Under the pieces are notes generated by a model. That model saw nothing but the letters and a program-made list of their open reading frames with translations. It was not told the DNA's origin and made no database searches. Shown piece after piece: positions 19,507-28,685 of a DNA stretch of 58,301 bases. How positions within the stretch are numbered: position 1 is the stretch's first letter; each line of letters opens with the position of its first letter. The stretch spans positions 1 through 58,301 of the forward strand of contig CALGTL010000030.1 in the NCBI GenBank assembly GCA_937901475.1, written 5' to 3'. The position numbers and the translations under genes were made by a program. The stretch is from an uncultured Dehalococcoidia bacterium (GTDB lineage: Bacteria > Chloroflexota > Dehalococcoidia > Lucifugimonadales > Australimonadaceae).

Positions 19507-19904
19507 TTGATAGGCTGACCGGTGCACGTCGTACCAATCAGTCTTTAGACCGAGACCAGCGAATTCGCCGGGCGAGTGACTTCCTTGCACTCCGGCACAG
19601 TGGAGTGTCCCGTGCCCATCCGCTACTAGTTCTGCGCGCGGTGCCCAATAACCTTAACCGCACCCGCTTCGGCTTCGTGGTAAGTAAACGCATCTCAGTT
19701 AAAGCGGTGGACCGCAATCGAGTAAGACGTCGTTTGAGGGACATTGTAAGGCGGGCTCCAGTTCGAGAAGGATGGGATCAATTGCTGATTGCTCGTAAGC
19801 CCATCGTTGGCGCGGATTTTCAAACCATCCGTAGCGCCGTGTTGGACCTTGAGAGGCGATTAGACCTCCTGGAAACGCCGAGTCATGGTAAGTGTGGGGA
19901 GTGA
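19383..19904 (+). CDS. rnpA: RNase P protein component; the start is uncertain and the only canonical start lies inside rpmH
   Basis: The conserved core [14 protein letters not shown]...[26 protein letters not shown] runs from about 19563 onward. No ATG, GTG or TTG lies in frame between the rpmH stop and the core. The frame is open back to 19344 and its first start codon is GTG 19383. Confidence 0.7.
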   Translation: MATQKTPPATPARIHASDGIARRAESNSLSATQRTAPTSSLVDRLTGARRTNQSLDRDQRIRRASDFLALRHSGVSRAHPLLVLRAVPNNLNRTRFGFVVSKRISVKAVDRNRVRRRLRDIVRRAPVREGWDQLLIARKPIVGADFQTIRSAVLDLERRLDLLETPSHGKCGE

Positions 19905-20164
19905 TACGCAATTTTGTGCTCCGGTTGATCCGGTTCTACCAGCATGCGTTATCGCCATACTGGCCTGGCGCATGTAGATATTCACCAACCTGCTCACACT
20001 ATGCGCAGGAGGCGATAGAGATCCATGGTCTATTCAGGGGCGGATGGTTGGCAGTGAAGCGGCTGAGCCTCTGTCAGCCTTGGGGTGGTGAAGGGTATGA
20101 CCCGGTTCCTGGAACAGAACCACATGTCCTTAAATTAGATGAACATCCAGCGTCAGCCCGATAA
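19892..20164 (+). CDS. yidD: membrane protein insertion efficiency factor YidD
   Basis: Contains [33 protein letters not shown] and overlaps the rnpA end by 13 nt. Confidence 0.85.
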   Translation: MWGVIRNFVLRLIRFYQHALSPYWPGACRYSPTCSHYAQEAIEIHGLFRGGWLAVKRLSLCQPWGGEGYDPVPGTEPHVLKLDEHPASAR

Positions 20165-20192
20165 GCTCGGGAGGGCACTGTGCCCGCCCGAT

Positions 20193-21461
20193 ATGACGGC
20201 GGTACAAGGACCTATTAGATTGAAACGCCCTGCTTTAGATTTCAACCGCCAGCTCAGCTTGGTGGTCCTCTTGTTGCTCGTAGCCGTTGTCGTTTTGGCG
20301 GGCTGTGCGGGGCGCCGAGGTGTGGGCGCTTCTGAAAGTTGGTCTGGCGTAGTGGCCCAGCCCGAAACCGAGTCTGTTTTCGTTAGCACTCGCGATGGAA
20401 GGATACTTGAGCTTCTCCTGATACCTACTAGTCGTGGAGTCATTCAACCGCGGGTCGGTCAGGTCTTTGATGCGCAAGAGCGCGACGAGGGCGGCGACAA
20501 ATCACGCGTTGGTGTAGCTTTTTATGGCACTCCCTCCATCGCTGGTGGTCGGCTCTACGTAGGTAGTTACCAAGGCTTCGTTTACTCGCTTGACGTCTCT
20601 AAAGACGGCAACACGCTGGCTGATACCGGCTCGTTTGAGATTGACGGCAATAAACTCGCTAAAGGAATCGCTGGCAATGTGGTCTACACAGACGGGGCGC
20701 TTGTTGTTGCGGCGGCAGAGGACACGCATCTTGGGCGTTTGTATGTCCTAGATGCGGAAGAACTCAGTGCCAATAGCAGGCAAGACCGCGTTGAGCGATG
20801 CCGCTATCCCTCTGGGGTAGAGGACGGTGTTGGCCGGATGTGGTCGACTCCGCTAGTGGTCGATGGTATTGCTTACTTTGGGGACCTTGACCACTTCGTC
20901 CATGCGGTTTCTATAGATACGTGTGAATCAGTGTGGAATGCTCCTGTTGAATTGGGCGCCAGTGTCATTGTCGCGCCCGTAGCGATTAACGGGACGCTGT
21001 ATGTTGGTGCATTCGACGGCATCATGTACTCGATTGACATGGTAACGGGCGCTAAGCAGGAAGCCTTTACAGCCGAGAGTTGGTTCTGGGCCACCCCAGC
21101 ATCAGACGGAAACCGCCTCTACGCACCCAACCTTGACGGAGTGCTTTATGCCTATGATGTCGACGCTGGCACAGTGGTATGGGAGTACGATCAGGAAGGC
21201 TCGATGGACGCGATTCTCGCAACGCCTGCGATAGTCGATGGAAACATAATGCTTGGTTCGGACGGCGGTGATGTAACTCTCTTGGACTCCGACGGGTTTA
21301 AGACAGCTAGCTTCGCCCTCGCCGACGATAAAGTTCGGGCGCCGCTGATGGTCAGCGGCAACACGGTGTACGTGCGGTCGCTCGAAGAAGTTATCACCGC
21401 GTTCGTGATTACTGGTGACACTATAGAGAAGGACTGGGACTTCAAGGTCGAAGGGTTCTAG
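20193..21461 (+). CDS. PQQ-like beta-propeller repeat lipoprotein (BamB-like fold)
   Basis: Has a signal peptide with a lipobox (LLLLVAVVVLAGCAG). Repeated motifs of the G-x-LYVGS/DG-x-VYA type (RLYVGSYQGFVYSLD, IAYFGDLDHFVHAV, TLYVGAFDGIMYSID, RLYAPNLDGVLYAYD) are typical of PQQ-repeat propellers. Confidence 0.7.
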   Translation: MTAVQGPIRLKRPALDFNRQLSLVVLLLLVAVVVLAGCAGRRGVGASESWSGVVAQPETESVFVSTRDGRILELLLIPTSRGVIQPRVGQVFDAQERDEGGDKSRVGVAFYGTPSIAGGRLYVGSYQGFVYSLDVSKDGNTLADTGSFEIDGNKLAKGIAGNVVYTDGALVVAAAEDTHLGRLYVLDAEELSANSRQDRVERCRYPSGVEDGVGRMWSTPLVVDGIAYFGDLDHFVHAVSIDTCESVWNAPVELGASVIVAPVAINGTLYVGAFDGIMYSIDMVTGAKQEAFTAESWFWATPASDGNRLYAPNLDGVLYAYDVDAGTVVWEYDQEGSMDAILATPAIVDGNIMLGSDGGDVTLLDSDGFKTASFALADDKVRAPLMVSGNTVYVRSLEEVITAFVITGDTIEKDWDFKVEGF

Positions 21462-21482
21462 GCAAGAGGCAACCGAGAAGAA

Positions 21483-22427
21483 ATGTTCGATTTCGTCGTC
21501 CTCGTCTGGAACGAGGTGATCACAAAACCGATGACAAACACCCTGTTGTTGCTGTATGTCTTCCTAGGCAGCAACCTCGGGTTGGCCATCATCGCATTCA
21601 CAATTTTGATTCGTGGCGCCACTTACAAACTCGTTGTTCGCCAAGTGCGGCAGACGAGGAAGATGCAGGACCTTGGGCCACGCATGAGGATTATCAACGA
21701 CCGCTACAAGAATAACCCACAGCTCCGACAGCAAGAGATAATGAAGGCCTACAAAGAAATGGGCCTCAATCCCATTGGCTGTCTTGGCCCTATGGTTGTC
21801 CAGATGCCAATTTTCATCGGCTTGTTCTGGGCTATCAACTTCGTCGTACCGTTTACTCCCGAAAATCTTGCGGGGCTCGCCAGTAAGCTCTACACCTGGC
21901 TCCCTGTTCTAAATACAGTGGTTCCGGTTGACCGAAGTTTCTTGGGTATGGACCTCGCTGTGCAGGCAACCCAATCCCGTAACATACTTGCGTTCTTCCT
22001 CGTCGGGCTCTCAGGCCTAACGATGTATGTCCAGCAGAAGATGACTCAATCACCTTCAATGGACCCGAAGCAAGCGGCCCAACAGAAAACGATGACGCTT
22101 ATGTTCCCGGTATTTTTCGGGTTCCTGAGCCTTATATTCCCGGTTGGTTTGGTCCTCTATTGGGTGACCTCAAACTCCATCGGGATAGTTATGCAATACT
22201 TTATTGTTGGTCTCGGTGGCTTCAAGAAAGCGGGGCCTGTTGTTGAACAGCAGGCCTCTGGTTCGCGATTAGGTCCTACGCTCACTGAAGCCCTGCCGGA
22301 TAAGGAGCTTGGCGCTGATGGAGAAACAACCTCTGGAACGGACGGGGAAAACGGTCGACGAAGCGATCGACCAGGCGATAACAGAGCTCGGCGTAGGCCG
22401 CGACGCGGTCGAGGTCGACGTCGTTAG
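21483..22427 (+). CDS. yidC: membrane protein insertase YidC, short (monoderm) form with an Arg-rich C-terminal tail
   Basis: 314 aa. The sequence AIIAFTILIRGATYKL...NPIGCLGPMVVQMPIFIGLFWA...FPVGLVLYWVTSNSIGIVMQY is recognisable as YidC. The tail ends RARRRPRRGRGRRR. Confidence 0.9.
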   Translation: MFDFVVLVWNEVITKPMTNTLLLLYVFLGSNLGLAIIAFTILIRGATYKLVVRQVRQTRKMQDLGPRMRIINDRYKNNPQLRQQEIMKAYKEMGLNPIGCLGPMVVQMPIFIGLFWAINFVVPFTPENLAGLASKLYTWLPVLNTVVPVDRSFLGMDLAVQATQSRNILAFFLVGLSGLTMYVQQKMTQSPSMDPKQAAQQKTMTLMFPVFFGFLSLIFPVGLVLYWVTSNSIGIVMQYFIVGLGGFKKAGPVVEQQASGSRLGPTLTEALPDKELGADGETTSGTDGENGRRSDRPGDNRARRRPRRGRGRRR

Positions 22428-23115
22428 CCAAGGCCGTGGCGGAATACTTGGTATTGGTGCTGAACCCGCTAAAGTTCGCGTATCGTTGATAACGGGCTCC
22501 ACAGCAGGAGCAAGCGTCGCATTAGGTGTGGTGACTGACCTCCTAGAGGCCATGCATGTCGATGCGACGCCTACAATCAGGAGCTCTGGTACAGACACTG
22601 ATAACCCCACCGTCATCGACATTCAGGGCGAAGACGCGGGGCTAATCATAGGTCGCCGTGGGGAAACATTGCGTGCGTTTCAGTACGTAACGAATATCAT
22701 TCTTGGCCGCCGTGAAGACGATGCTGGTCCGATTATCGTGGACGTTGAACAGTACCGCGACCGTCGAAAGCAGCAAGTTACTGTGCTAGCGGAGCGCATG
22801 GCCGAACGTGCCGTCAGTTCAGGACGCGCTGTGCCCCTCGATACTATGTCAGCATCTGATCGTCGCCTCGTGCACGTAGCCCTCGCGGACGACAAGCGAA
22901 TAACGACTCAAAGTACAGGCGAAGGTATCCAACGCCGTGTGGTCATCACCCCTGCCGGAGGCCGTTCAGCACGCGAGGCTGACACTGAGGGTGGTGAGCG
23001 TAGCTCACCACGCCGTAGTGGGACCGGCGGCAATCGGGGGAACGCTCGTGGCGGGAATCGCGGCGGGGCTACTCCCACTGAATACCGCCCCAACTACAGC
23101 GACGACCGCGAATAG
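22318..23115 (+). CDS. jag: Jag/KhpB RNA-binding protein (Jag_N, KH, R3H domains) with an RGG-like tail
   Basis: The N-terminus MEKQPLERTGKTVDEAIDQAITELGV...GILGIGAEPAKVRV matches Jag, and an R3H region (ASDRRLVHVAL) is present. A perfect SD (AAGGAG, 22302..22307) lies 10 nt upstream of ATG 22318. Confidence 0.85.
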   Translation: MEKQPLERTGKTVDEAIDQAITELGVGRDAVEVDVVSQGRGGILGIGAEPAKVRVSLITGSTAGASVALGVVTDLLEAMHVDATPTIRSSGTDTDNPTVIDIQGEDAGLIIGRRGETLRAFQYVTNIILGRREDDAGPIIVDVEQYRDRRKQQVTVLAERMAERAVSSGRAVPLDTMSASDRRLVHVALADDKRITTQSTGEGIQRRVVITPAGGRSAREADTEGGERSSPRRSGTGGNRGNARGGNRGGATPTEYRPNYSDDRE

Positions 23116-23124
23116 TCGGTATAC

Positions 23125-24048
23125 ATGGTCTCTGACCTATCTGGTAAGCCTTCTTTCGTAGCCGACCGCAGCCGGCTGCAGCTCACACTTGGTGCGCCCT
23201 TCGCACTGCTTCTGGCTGCGTCCTTTGCTTCTTGGCCATGGCGGTCGCTCGGGCTACCTGGGGTCGTGGGTAGCCTCACTCCGCCAGGGATACTGCTACT
23301 CATGGCTGTCGCTCTTGGGGGTGTCTACGCTGTTCGGCGAGGACTCCCTGCAGGCTTGGTCACATGGCTTCCTGCAGGCCAAGGCGCGGTCTTCTTGCTC
23401 ACGACCGGATTCCTAGGTGAATCAGAAGGCAACTTAACTAAGGTTGTCATCGTTGTAGGTGCCTACGCTGTGTCGTTCATCATGGCCTTGATGGTGTCTG
23501 TCATGGTATCTGGCACAGGCTTTTCCTGGGGCATCGCATTTATGTCCTTCTTCGTGCTGACACAGGTCACGCGATTCCCCATTTTCGGAATTGGAAACAG
23601 CGACCCTGTAGACAACGCAGGGCTACTCACCTTTGCGGCCTTCGTAGTTGCCGCTGTTGAGGTAGGGATCATTGCTTGGCTTGCCAGGCGGCTTCTCGAG
23701 GCCGCTGAAGAGGAAACAGCTGGAGTAGTAATTCTTTTGCTCATGCTTACGTTTGCTCACGGCCTCTTGACCGCTTGGGAAGAACCTATGGTGCGAGGTG
23801 CACTTGACCTCACTAGTTACGCATCACTTGCTGGGATATGGGCCGGTGCTACTGGCCTTCAACTCGCTGTCGCCTTCGTCTTCATCAGGATCAGACGCTC
23901 ATGGTTCCAAGAGCCTGCTTGGGCGGATCCCGCGTTCGGAGAAGGTGCCAAAAGCGACCACCCTAAAGACTTCCTAGCCACTATCATCGATACTCCAGCG
24001 AAGACGCCTGTAGGTCGTGACCGACCTCGAAGACCACGGCGACGCTAG
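23125..24048 (+). CDS. hypothetical polytopic membrane protein
   Basis: 307-aa ORF with roughly 7-8 hydrophobic helices and a basic C-terminus (GRDRPRRPRRR). I recognise no family. Confidence 0.5.
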   Translation: MVSDLSGKPSFVADRSRLQLTLGAPFALLLAASFASWPWRSLGLPGVVGSLTPPGILLLMAVALGGVYAVRRGLPAGLVTWLPAGQGAVFLLTTGFLGESEGNLTKVVIVVGAYAVSFIMALMVSVMVSGTGFSWGIAFMSFFVLTQVTRFPIFGIGNSDPVDNAGLLTFAAFVVAAVEVGIIAWLARRLLEAAEEETAGVVILLLMLTFAHGLLTAWEEPMVRGALDLTSYASLAGIWAGATGLQLAVAFVFIRIRRSWFQEPAWADPAFGEGAKSDHPKDFLATIIDTPAKTPVGRDRPRRPRRR

Positions 24049-24093
24049 CTTGCTCCGCCTTGCTCCCTCCGATACCATCGCTTCTAAGGCAAC

Positions 24094-24329
24094 GACGGAG
24101 ACGAGTAGACAGCTAAGCTGCGAATGGCGAGCCGGGAAAGTGAAAGCCGGTACGCAATCCCTGTCGAAAATCCCTCCTGAGCCGTCAACCGAACCCTTGC
24201 CAAGGCGAGCAAGTAGGCCTGCCCGGGCCACCGCCCGTTACCCCGGCTTTGAGTGCTCCGGCATACCGGGGAATGGTGGTGGTACCGCGGGTTTTGTGCC
24301 CGTCCGCTTGATCGTGGGCGGGTTTTTTT
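24094..24329 (+). promoter_or_regulatory. T-box leader (tRNA-sensing riboswitch) controlling ileS, terminator type
   Basis: The Stem I base pairs GACGG (24094..) with CCGTC (..24186), and a distal-loop AGTGAAAG sits at 24139..24146. A candidate Ile specifier AUC lies at 24170..24172. The conserved T-box sequence AATGGTGGTGGTACCGCGG is at 24272..24290, and a terminator hairpin with T7 follows directly. Confidence 0.8.
24299..24329 (+). terminator. intrinsic terminator of the ileS T-box leader
   Basis: CCCGTCCGC (24299..24307) pairs with GTGGGCGGG (24314..24322), giving 9 bp including 2 G-T wobbles and a 6-nt loop. TTTTTTT follows at 24323..24329. Confidence 0.8.
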
Positions 24330-24382
24330 ATTGGCGCGAGAAGCTTCAATCCAAACGCCAGTAGGGTACGAACGAGGTAAAG

Positions 24383-27300
24383 ATGAGTGAACAACAGCAG
24401 CGATTCGAACCGGTCTCAAGTAGGGTTAACTTCCCGAAACTTGAAGAGCGCGTGCTCGAACAATGGCAGGCCGAGGACACTTTTCATAAAGTCGATGAAG
24501 TGCGCGCTAAGGCGCCACTATTCGTCTTCTATGAAGGCCCTCCAACCGCCAATGGTAGCCCTGGTATCCACCACGTTCTTTCACGTTCCTTCAAGGATGT
24601 CGTCCTTCGCTACAAGACTATGCAAGGCTTTCGACCGCTACGACGGGGAGGGTGGGATACCCACGGCCTGCCTGTGGAACTTGAGATCGAGAAGGAACTT
24701 GGGCTGCAGTCCAAGCATGAGATCGAAAGTTTTGGTATCGAAGAATTTAACCGCCGGTGCCGAGAGAGCGTTTTCAGGTACGTCCAAGAGTGGCAATCTA
24801 TGACAGACCGGGCAGGAGTCTGGCTTGACATGGACAACGCTTACGTTACCTACCACAAGAGTTATGTCGAGACCGCGTGGTGGGTCTTTAAGCGACTTTG
24901 GGATGACAACCACGTCTACGAAGGCTACAAAGTAACCCCGCACTGCCCACGTTGCGTGACCAGTCTTAGCTCACATGAAGTGGCCCTTGGTTACAAGGAC
25001 AACACACCTGACCCCTCTGTGTTCGTGCGCTTCCCTATCAACCAGCAACCCTCCACAGAACACGGCGCCTCGATTGCTGTTCTCGAAAGATTGGGTTACG
25101 TCAACGGAACATGGGTTACTACACGACCCTCGTTTATGGCGTGGACCACGACTCCCTGGACGCTTACCGCAAACATGGCCCTCGCCGTTAGCCCTGCAGT
25201 GCGCTATGTGCTGATGCAATCGCTTGAGCCATACGAACGCGTACTGCTCGCTGAGGAACTTGCTAAGAGCGTGCTGGGTGAAGGATGGACCGTCCACGAC
25301 ACATTCGATGGCGCGGAACTCCTTGGCATCGGCTATGAGCCACCCTACCGCGGCGAAGGACTCACTGAGCATACCCATCGAGTGCTTGCCGCTACCTACG
25401 TGACCACAGAAGATGGGACCGGTATCGTCCACACTGCGCCCGCCTATGGTGCAGAGGATGCCGAGCTTGGCAAAGAACACAATTTCCCCACTATCCACAC
25501 GGTGGACCTTCGCGGGGTGATTCAAGGCGATTTCCCTGGAGAGGGTAAATTCGTGAAGCAGGCCGACAAAGAAATTATTGCGGACCTCAAGCAGCGTGGG
25601 CTCCTGTTTAAGGACGGCATAATTAAGCACACGTACCCTTTCTGCTGGCGATGCAGCACCCCACTGCTCTACTACGCGAAGGCTTCCTGGTATATCCAGA
25701 CCACCGCGGTAAAAACAAAGATGGTAGCAGGTAATAGGGGTATCAACTGGTATCCAGATCACATTAAAGAAGGTCGTTTCGGTGAATGGCTCCGCAACAA
25801 CGTTGACTGGGCAGTATCTCGTGAGCGCTACTGGGGAACCCCAATACCAATCTGGCGCTGTGATGCCTGCGACTCAGTGCGATGTGTTGGTGGGAGCGAC
25901 GAGCTAGCTGAACTTGCGACTCCGGAGACTAAGCATCTTGTGGCCAACCTTGATCTTCATCGACCCTTCGTCGACCAGATCGAGATGACTTGTACGGACT
26001 GCGGCAGTGCTATGCATCGCGTACCTGAAGTTGCCGATGCTTGGTACGACTCTGGGGCAATGCCCTTTGCCCAGTGGGCCTACCCTTTCACCGTCAATGG
26101 GAGTAACGGAAAGCCCATCTCAATCAACAACCCTGATGAGTTGATTGCGAGTGACCTCTTCCCTGCGCAGTACATTACTGAGGCTGTCGACCAGACCCGT
26201 GGTTGGTTCTACAGCTTGCTCGCCCTTTCCACGCTTATCGCGGATCAGCCCTCCTACCAGAACGTTATTGTTCTTGGTCTTATTCTCGACGGCAAGGGCG
26301 AGAAAATGTCTAAATCCAAGGGCAATGTTGTTAATCCGTGGGAGGTCATGAACGAACAAGGCGCTGACGCACTGCGGTGGTACCTCTTCACCTCTGCACC
26401 CTCATCGCTGCCTAGGAGATTCTCGGCCGAGCTTGTTGGCGAGAGCCTCCGTCGCTTCATGCTCACCCTCTGGAACACTTACAGCTTCTTCGTCACCTAC
26501 GCCAACATCGACGGCTTCGATCCAGAAGGGCACGCAGCCTACTGGTCAGGCGACATTGGTGGTTCTAGCCTATCTAGCGCTCCACCCAATGAGCTTGACC
26601 GCTGGGTGATTTCGGAGCTCAACGAGCTAGTTGCCAACGTAACGGCAGACCTTGACGCATACAGCCCTACTGACGCAGGACGTCGAGTGGAAGAGTTCGT
26701 CGATCAGCTTTCAAACTGGTATGTCCGCCGTGGCCGCCGCCGCTACTGGCGCCCGCTCGGTGGTGATGACGGTAACTCAAGTGATTACGACAAGACTTGG
26801 GCGTACGTGACTCTCTACTCCTGCCTGTTTACCATCAGCAAGCTCATCGCACCGATGACTCCCTTCTTGGCTGACACCATTTACCGAAACTTGGCTCCCA
26901 AGAGCTCCCCAGACAGTGTGCACCTGGACGATTTCCCTCAACCGGATTCCTCATTGATCGACGACGACCTCGACAAGGCAATTCGCCTGGCAATGCGTAT
27001 CGCCAGCCTTGGCCGTGCGGCCCGTAGCAAGGGGAAAATAAAAGTGCGCCAGCCGCTCGCACGAGTCATCGTTCGTGCACGCCCCGAAGAAGCGCAATAC
27101 CTCAATACCATCACCGACCAAGTGCTGGAGGAACTCAACGTCAAAGCTCTAGAGGTTACCGATGATGACGCCTTCGCTAGTTTCAAGCTGCGCCCCAACC
27201 TGCCAGCCTTGGGCCCGAAATATGGTAAGCAGGTAGGCGCAATTCGAGCCGCTCTACAAGATGCAGACGCTGGCGCCATCGCCGCTCAGCTACGCGATGG

Positions 27301-27709
27301 CAATTGCGTCACTGTTGGTGAATTTACCCTCGATCAAACCGAGATACTTGTGGACGTTGAGGAGCGTGAAGGATTCGTCGTATCCATTGACAGCTCAGGC
27401 GGCCTCATGGTCGGCCTCGACATTGATCTCACGCTCGAGCTTGAAGCTGAAGGAATCGCACGCGAGATAGTCCATCGTATACAGAACGCTCGAAAATCAG
27501 CGGGGCTGGAGATTGAGGATCACATCACCGCTTACGTGGACGGCGCATCTGACGCCGTGGCCGCTGCGCTTGTTGCCCATGACTCTTACCTCCGCCAGGA
27601 AACCCTCAGCGATGACATTCGCCTAGAATCGGCACCTGTTAGCGCCTATTCTGAGGAACAGGACATCGAAGGTGTTAAGCTCACCCTCGGTGTTGTGAAA
27701 TCGAGTTAG
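24383..27709 (+). CDS. ileS: isoleucine--tRNA ligase (long, type-2-like form)
   Basis: 1108 aa with a HIGH-type motif (PTANGSPGIHHV), KMSKS (KMSKSKGN) and an editing-domain insertion. It lies immediately downstream of the T-box leader. Confidence 0.95.
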   Translation: MSEQQQRFEPVSSRVNFPKLEERVLEQWQAEDTFHKVDEVRAKAPLFVFYEGPPTANGSPGIHHVLSRSFKDVVLRYKTMQGFRPLRRGGWDTHGLPVELEIEKELGLQSKHEIESFGIEEFNRRCRESVFRYVQEWQSMTDRAGVWLDMDNAYVTYHKSYVETAWWVFKRLWDDNHVYEGYKVTPHCPRCVTSLSSHEVALGYKDNTPDPSVFVRFPINQQPSTEHGASIAVLERLGYVNGTWVTTRPSFMAWTTTPWTLTANMALAVSPAVRYVLMQSLEPYERVLLAEELAKSVLGEGWTVHDTFDGAELLGIGYEPPYRGEGLTEHTHRVLAATYVTTEDGTGIVHTAPAYGAEDAELGKEHNFPTIHTVDLRGVIQGDFPGEGKFVKQADKEIIADLKQRGLLFKDGIIKHTYPFCWRCSTPLLYYAKASWYIQTTAVKTKMVAGNRGINWYPDHIKEGRFGEWLRNNVDWAVSRERYWGTPIPIWRCDACDSVRCVGGSDELAELATPETKHLVANLDLHRPFVDQIEMTCTDCGSAMHRVPEVADAWYDSGAMPFAQWAYPFTVNGSNGKPISINNPDELIASDLFPAQYITEAVDQTRGWFYSLLALSTLIADQPSYQNVIVLGLILDGKGEKMSKSKGNVVNPWEVMNEQGADALRWYLFTSAPSSLPRRFSAELVGESLRRFMLTLWNTYSFFVTYANIDGFDPEGHAAYWSGDIGGSSLSSAPPNELDRWVISELNELVANVTADLDAYSPTDAGRRVEEFVDQLSNWYVRRGRRRYWRPLGGDDGNSSDYDKTWAYVTLYSCLFTISKLIAPMTPFLADTIYRNLAPKSSPDSVHLDDFPQPDSSLIDDDLDKAIRLAMRIASLGRAARSKGKIKVRQPLARVIVRARPEEAQYLNTITDQVLEELNVKALEVTDDDAFASFKLRPNLPALGPKYGKQVGAIRAALQDADAGAIAAQLRDGNCVTVGEFTLDQTEILVDVEEREGFVVSIDSSGGLMVGLDIDLTLELEAEGIAREIVHRIQNARKSAGLEIEDHITAYVDGASDAVAAALVAHDSYLRQETLSDDIRLESAPVSAYSEEQDIEGVKLTLGVVKSS

Positions 27710-27718
27710 GAGCTAAGG

Positions 27719-28678
27719 ATGCCGAACACGAAAATACTTATTACTGGTGGTATGGGTTTTATTGGACTCCACACCGTCAAGGCTTTTATTGATGCAGGCG
27801 AAGAGGTTGTTGCCACCTATCGCGAGACCTGGCGGCTCCCCAGCTTCTTGGAAGCTCACATCGGCAAAGGACTGACGTGGGAGCAGGCGGACATCGGGGT
27901 TCCTGGCGCACTGCTTGCTCTTGCGAACAAGCACGAAGTCGACAGCATCGTCCATATGGCTATCCACGGACAGGCACAGCCGGATGCCGGCGCCGACATC
28001 CGCATCAATATGGACAAACTATCGTCCCTACTGGATGCCGCACGCGATGCTGGCGTGCGGCGCGTGAGCCTCGCAAGCTCCAGCGCCCCTTACTTCGGCG
28101 TTGCTAATGGACCGTTCCGCGAAGACCAACCACTACCTATTGAATCGGTCATATCCCCTGAAGCTTTCAAGAAGGCCTGGGAAATACTCACCTTGAACTA
28201 CGCTAAGCAATCTGGCATCGACCTGGTCAACATGAGACTTAGCGGCGTGTTCGGCCCGATGTACGCGTCCATGCGCAATCTACCCAGCAGACTGGTAGCC
28301 GCCGCCGTCCATGGCACACAACCCGACTTCTCACCAGCGTTAGGAGGCGTACCTTTCGCCGATGACACCGGCGACCTCGCGTACGTAAAAGACATAGCGC
28401 GCGGCATCGTTATTGTGCATAACTCGCCGACACTAGAGCATCAGACATACAACATTGGGTCAGGAACGGCTACCTCAAACGCTGAAATCCTGGATGCTCT
28501 CAGCAAGGTAAAACCTACATTCACAGCCGAATTTCAAGAGGGCCGGAGCACCCGCTTCAAGCCGAGTGCTTACAGTGATATTAGACGGATGCAGCACCTT
28601 GGCTACGCGCCCAAACATACCATTGAGACGGCCATCGCTGACTATGTTGCGTGGCTAGAAGCAGGTAACGCCCACTAA
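27719..28678 (+). CDS. NAD-dependent epimerase/dehydratase (extended SDR), paralog 1
   Basis: 319 aa with the Rossmann motif ILITGGMGFIGLHT. The C-terminus AIADYVAWLEAGNAH is shared with the gene at 31139..32083. Confidence 0.8.
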   Translation: MPNTKILITGGMGFIGLHTVKAFIDAGEEVVATYRETWRLPSFLEAHIGKGLTWEQADIGVPGALLALANKHEVDSIVHMAIHGQAQPDAGADIRINMDKLSSLLDAARDAGVRRVSLASSSAPYFGVANGPFREDQPLPIESVISPEAFKKAWEILTLNYAKQSGIDLVNMRLSGVFGPMYASMRNLPSRLVAAAVHGTQPDFSPALGGVPFADDTGDLAYVKDIARGIVIVHNSPTLEHQTYNIGSGTATSNAEILDALSKVKPTFTAEFQEGRSTRFKPSAYSDIRRMQHLGYAPKHTIETAIADYVAWLEAGNAH

Positions 28679-28685
28679 TAGGGGA

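Noticed and set aside
24395-24425. tRNA T-loop-like sequence GGTTCGAATC on the minus strand at the start of ileS
   Set aside because: The flanking bases cannot form a 5-bp T-stem or an acceptor stem. The sequence simply encodes QQRFEPV of IleRS.
24971-25762. 263-aa ORF on the minus strand inside ileS
   Set aside because: It is fully antisense to a region of ileS with continuous, recognisable IleRS sequence. It has no family resemblance, and long antisense ORFs are expected in GC-rich coding DNA.
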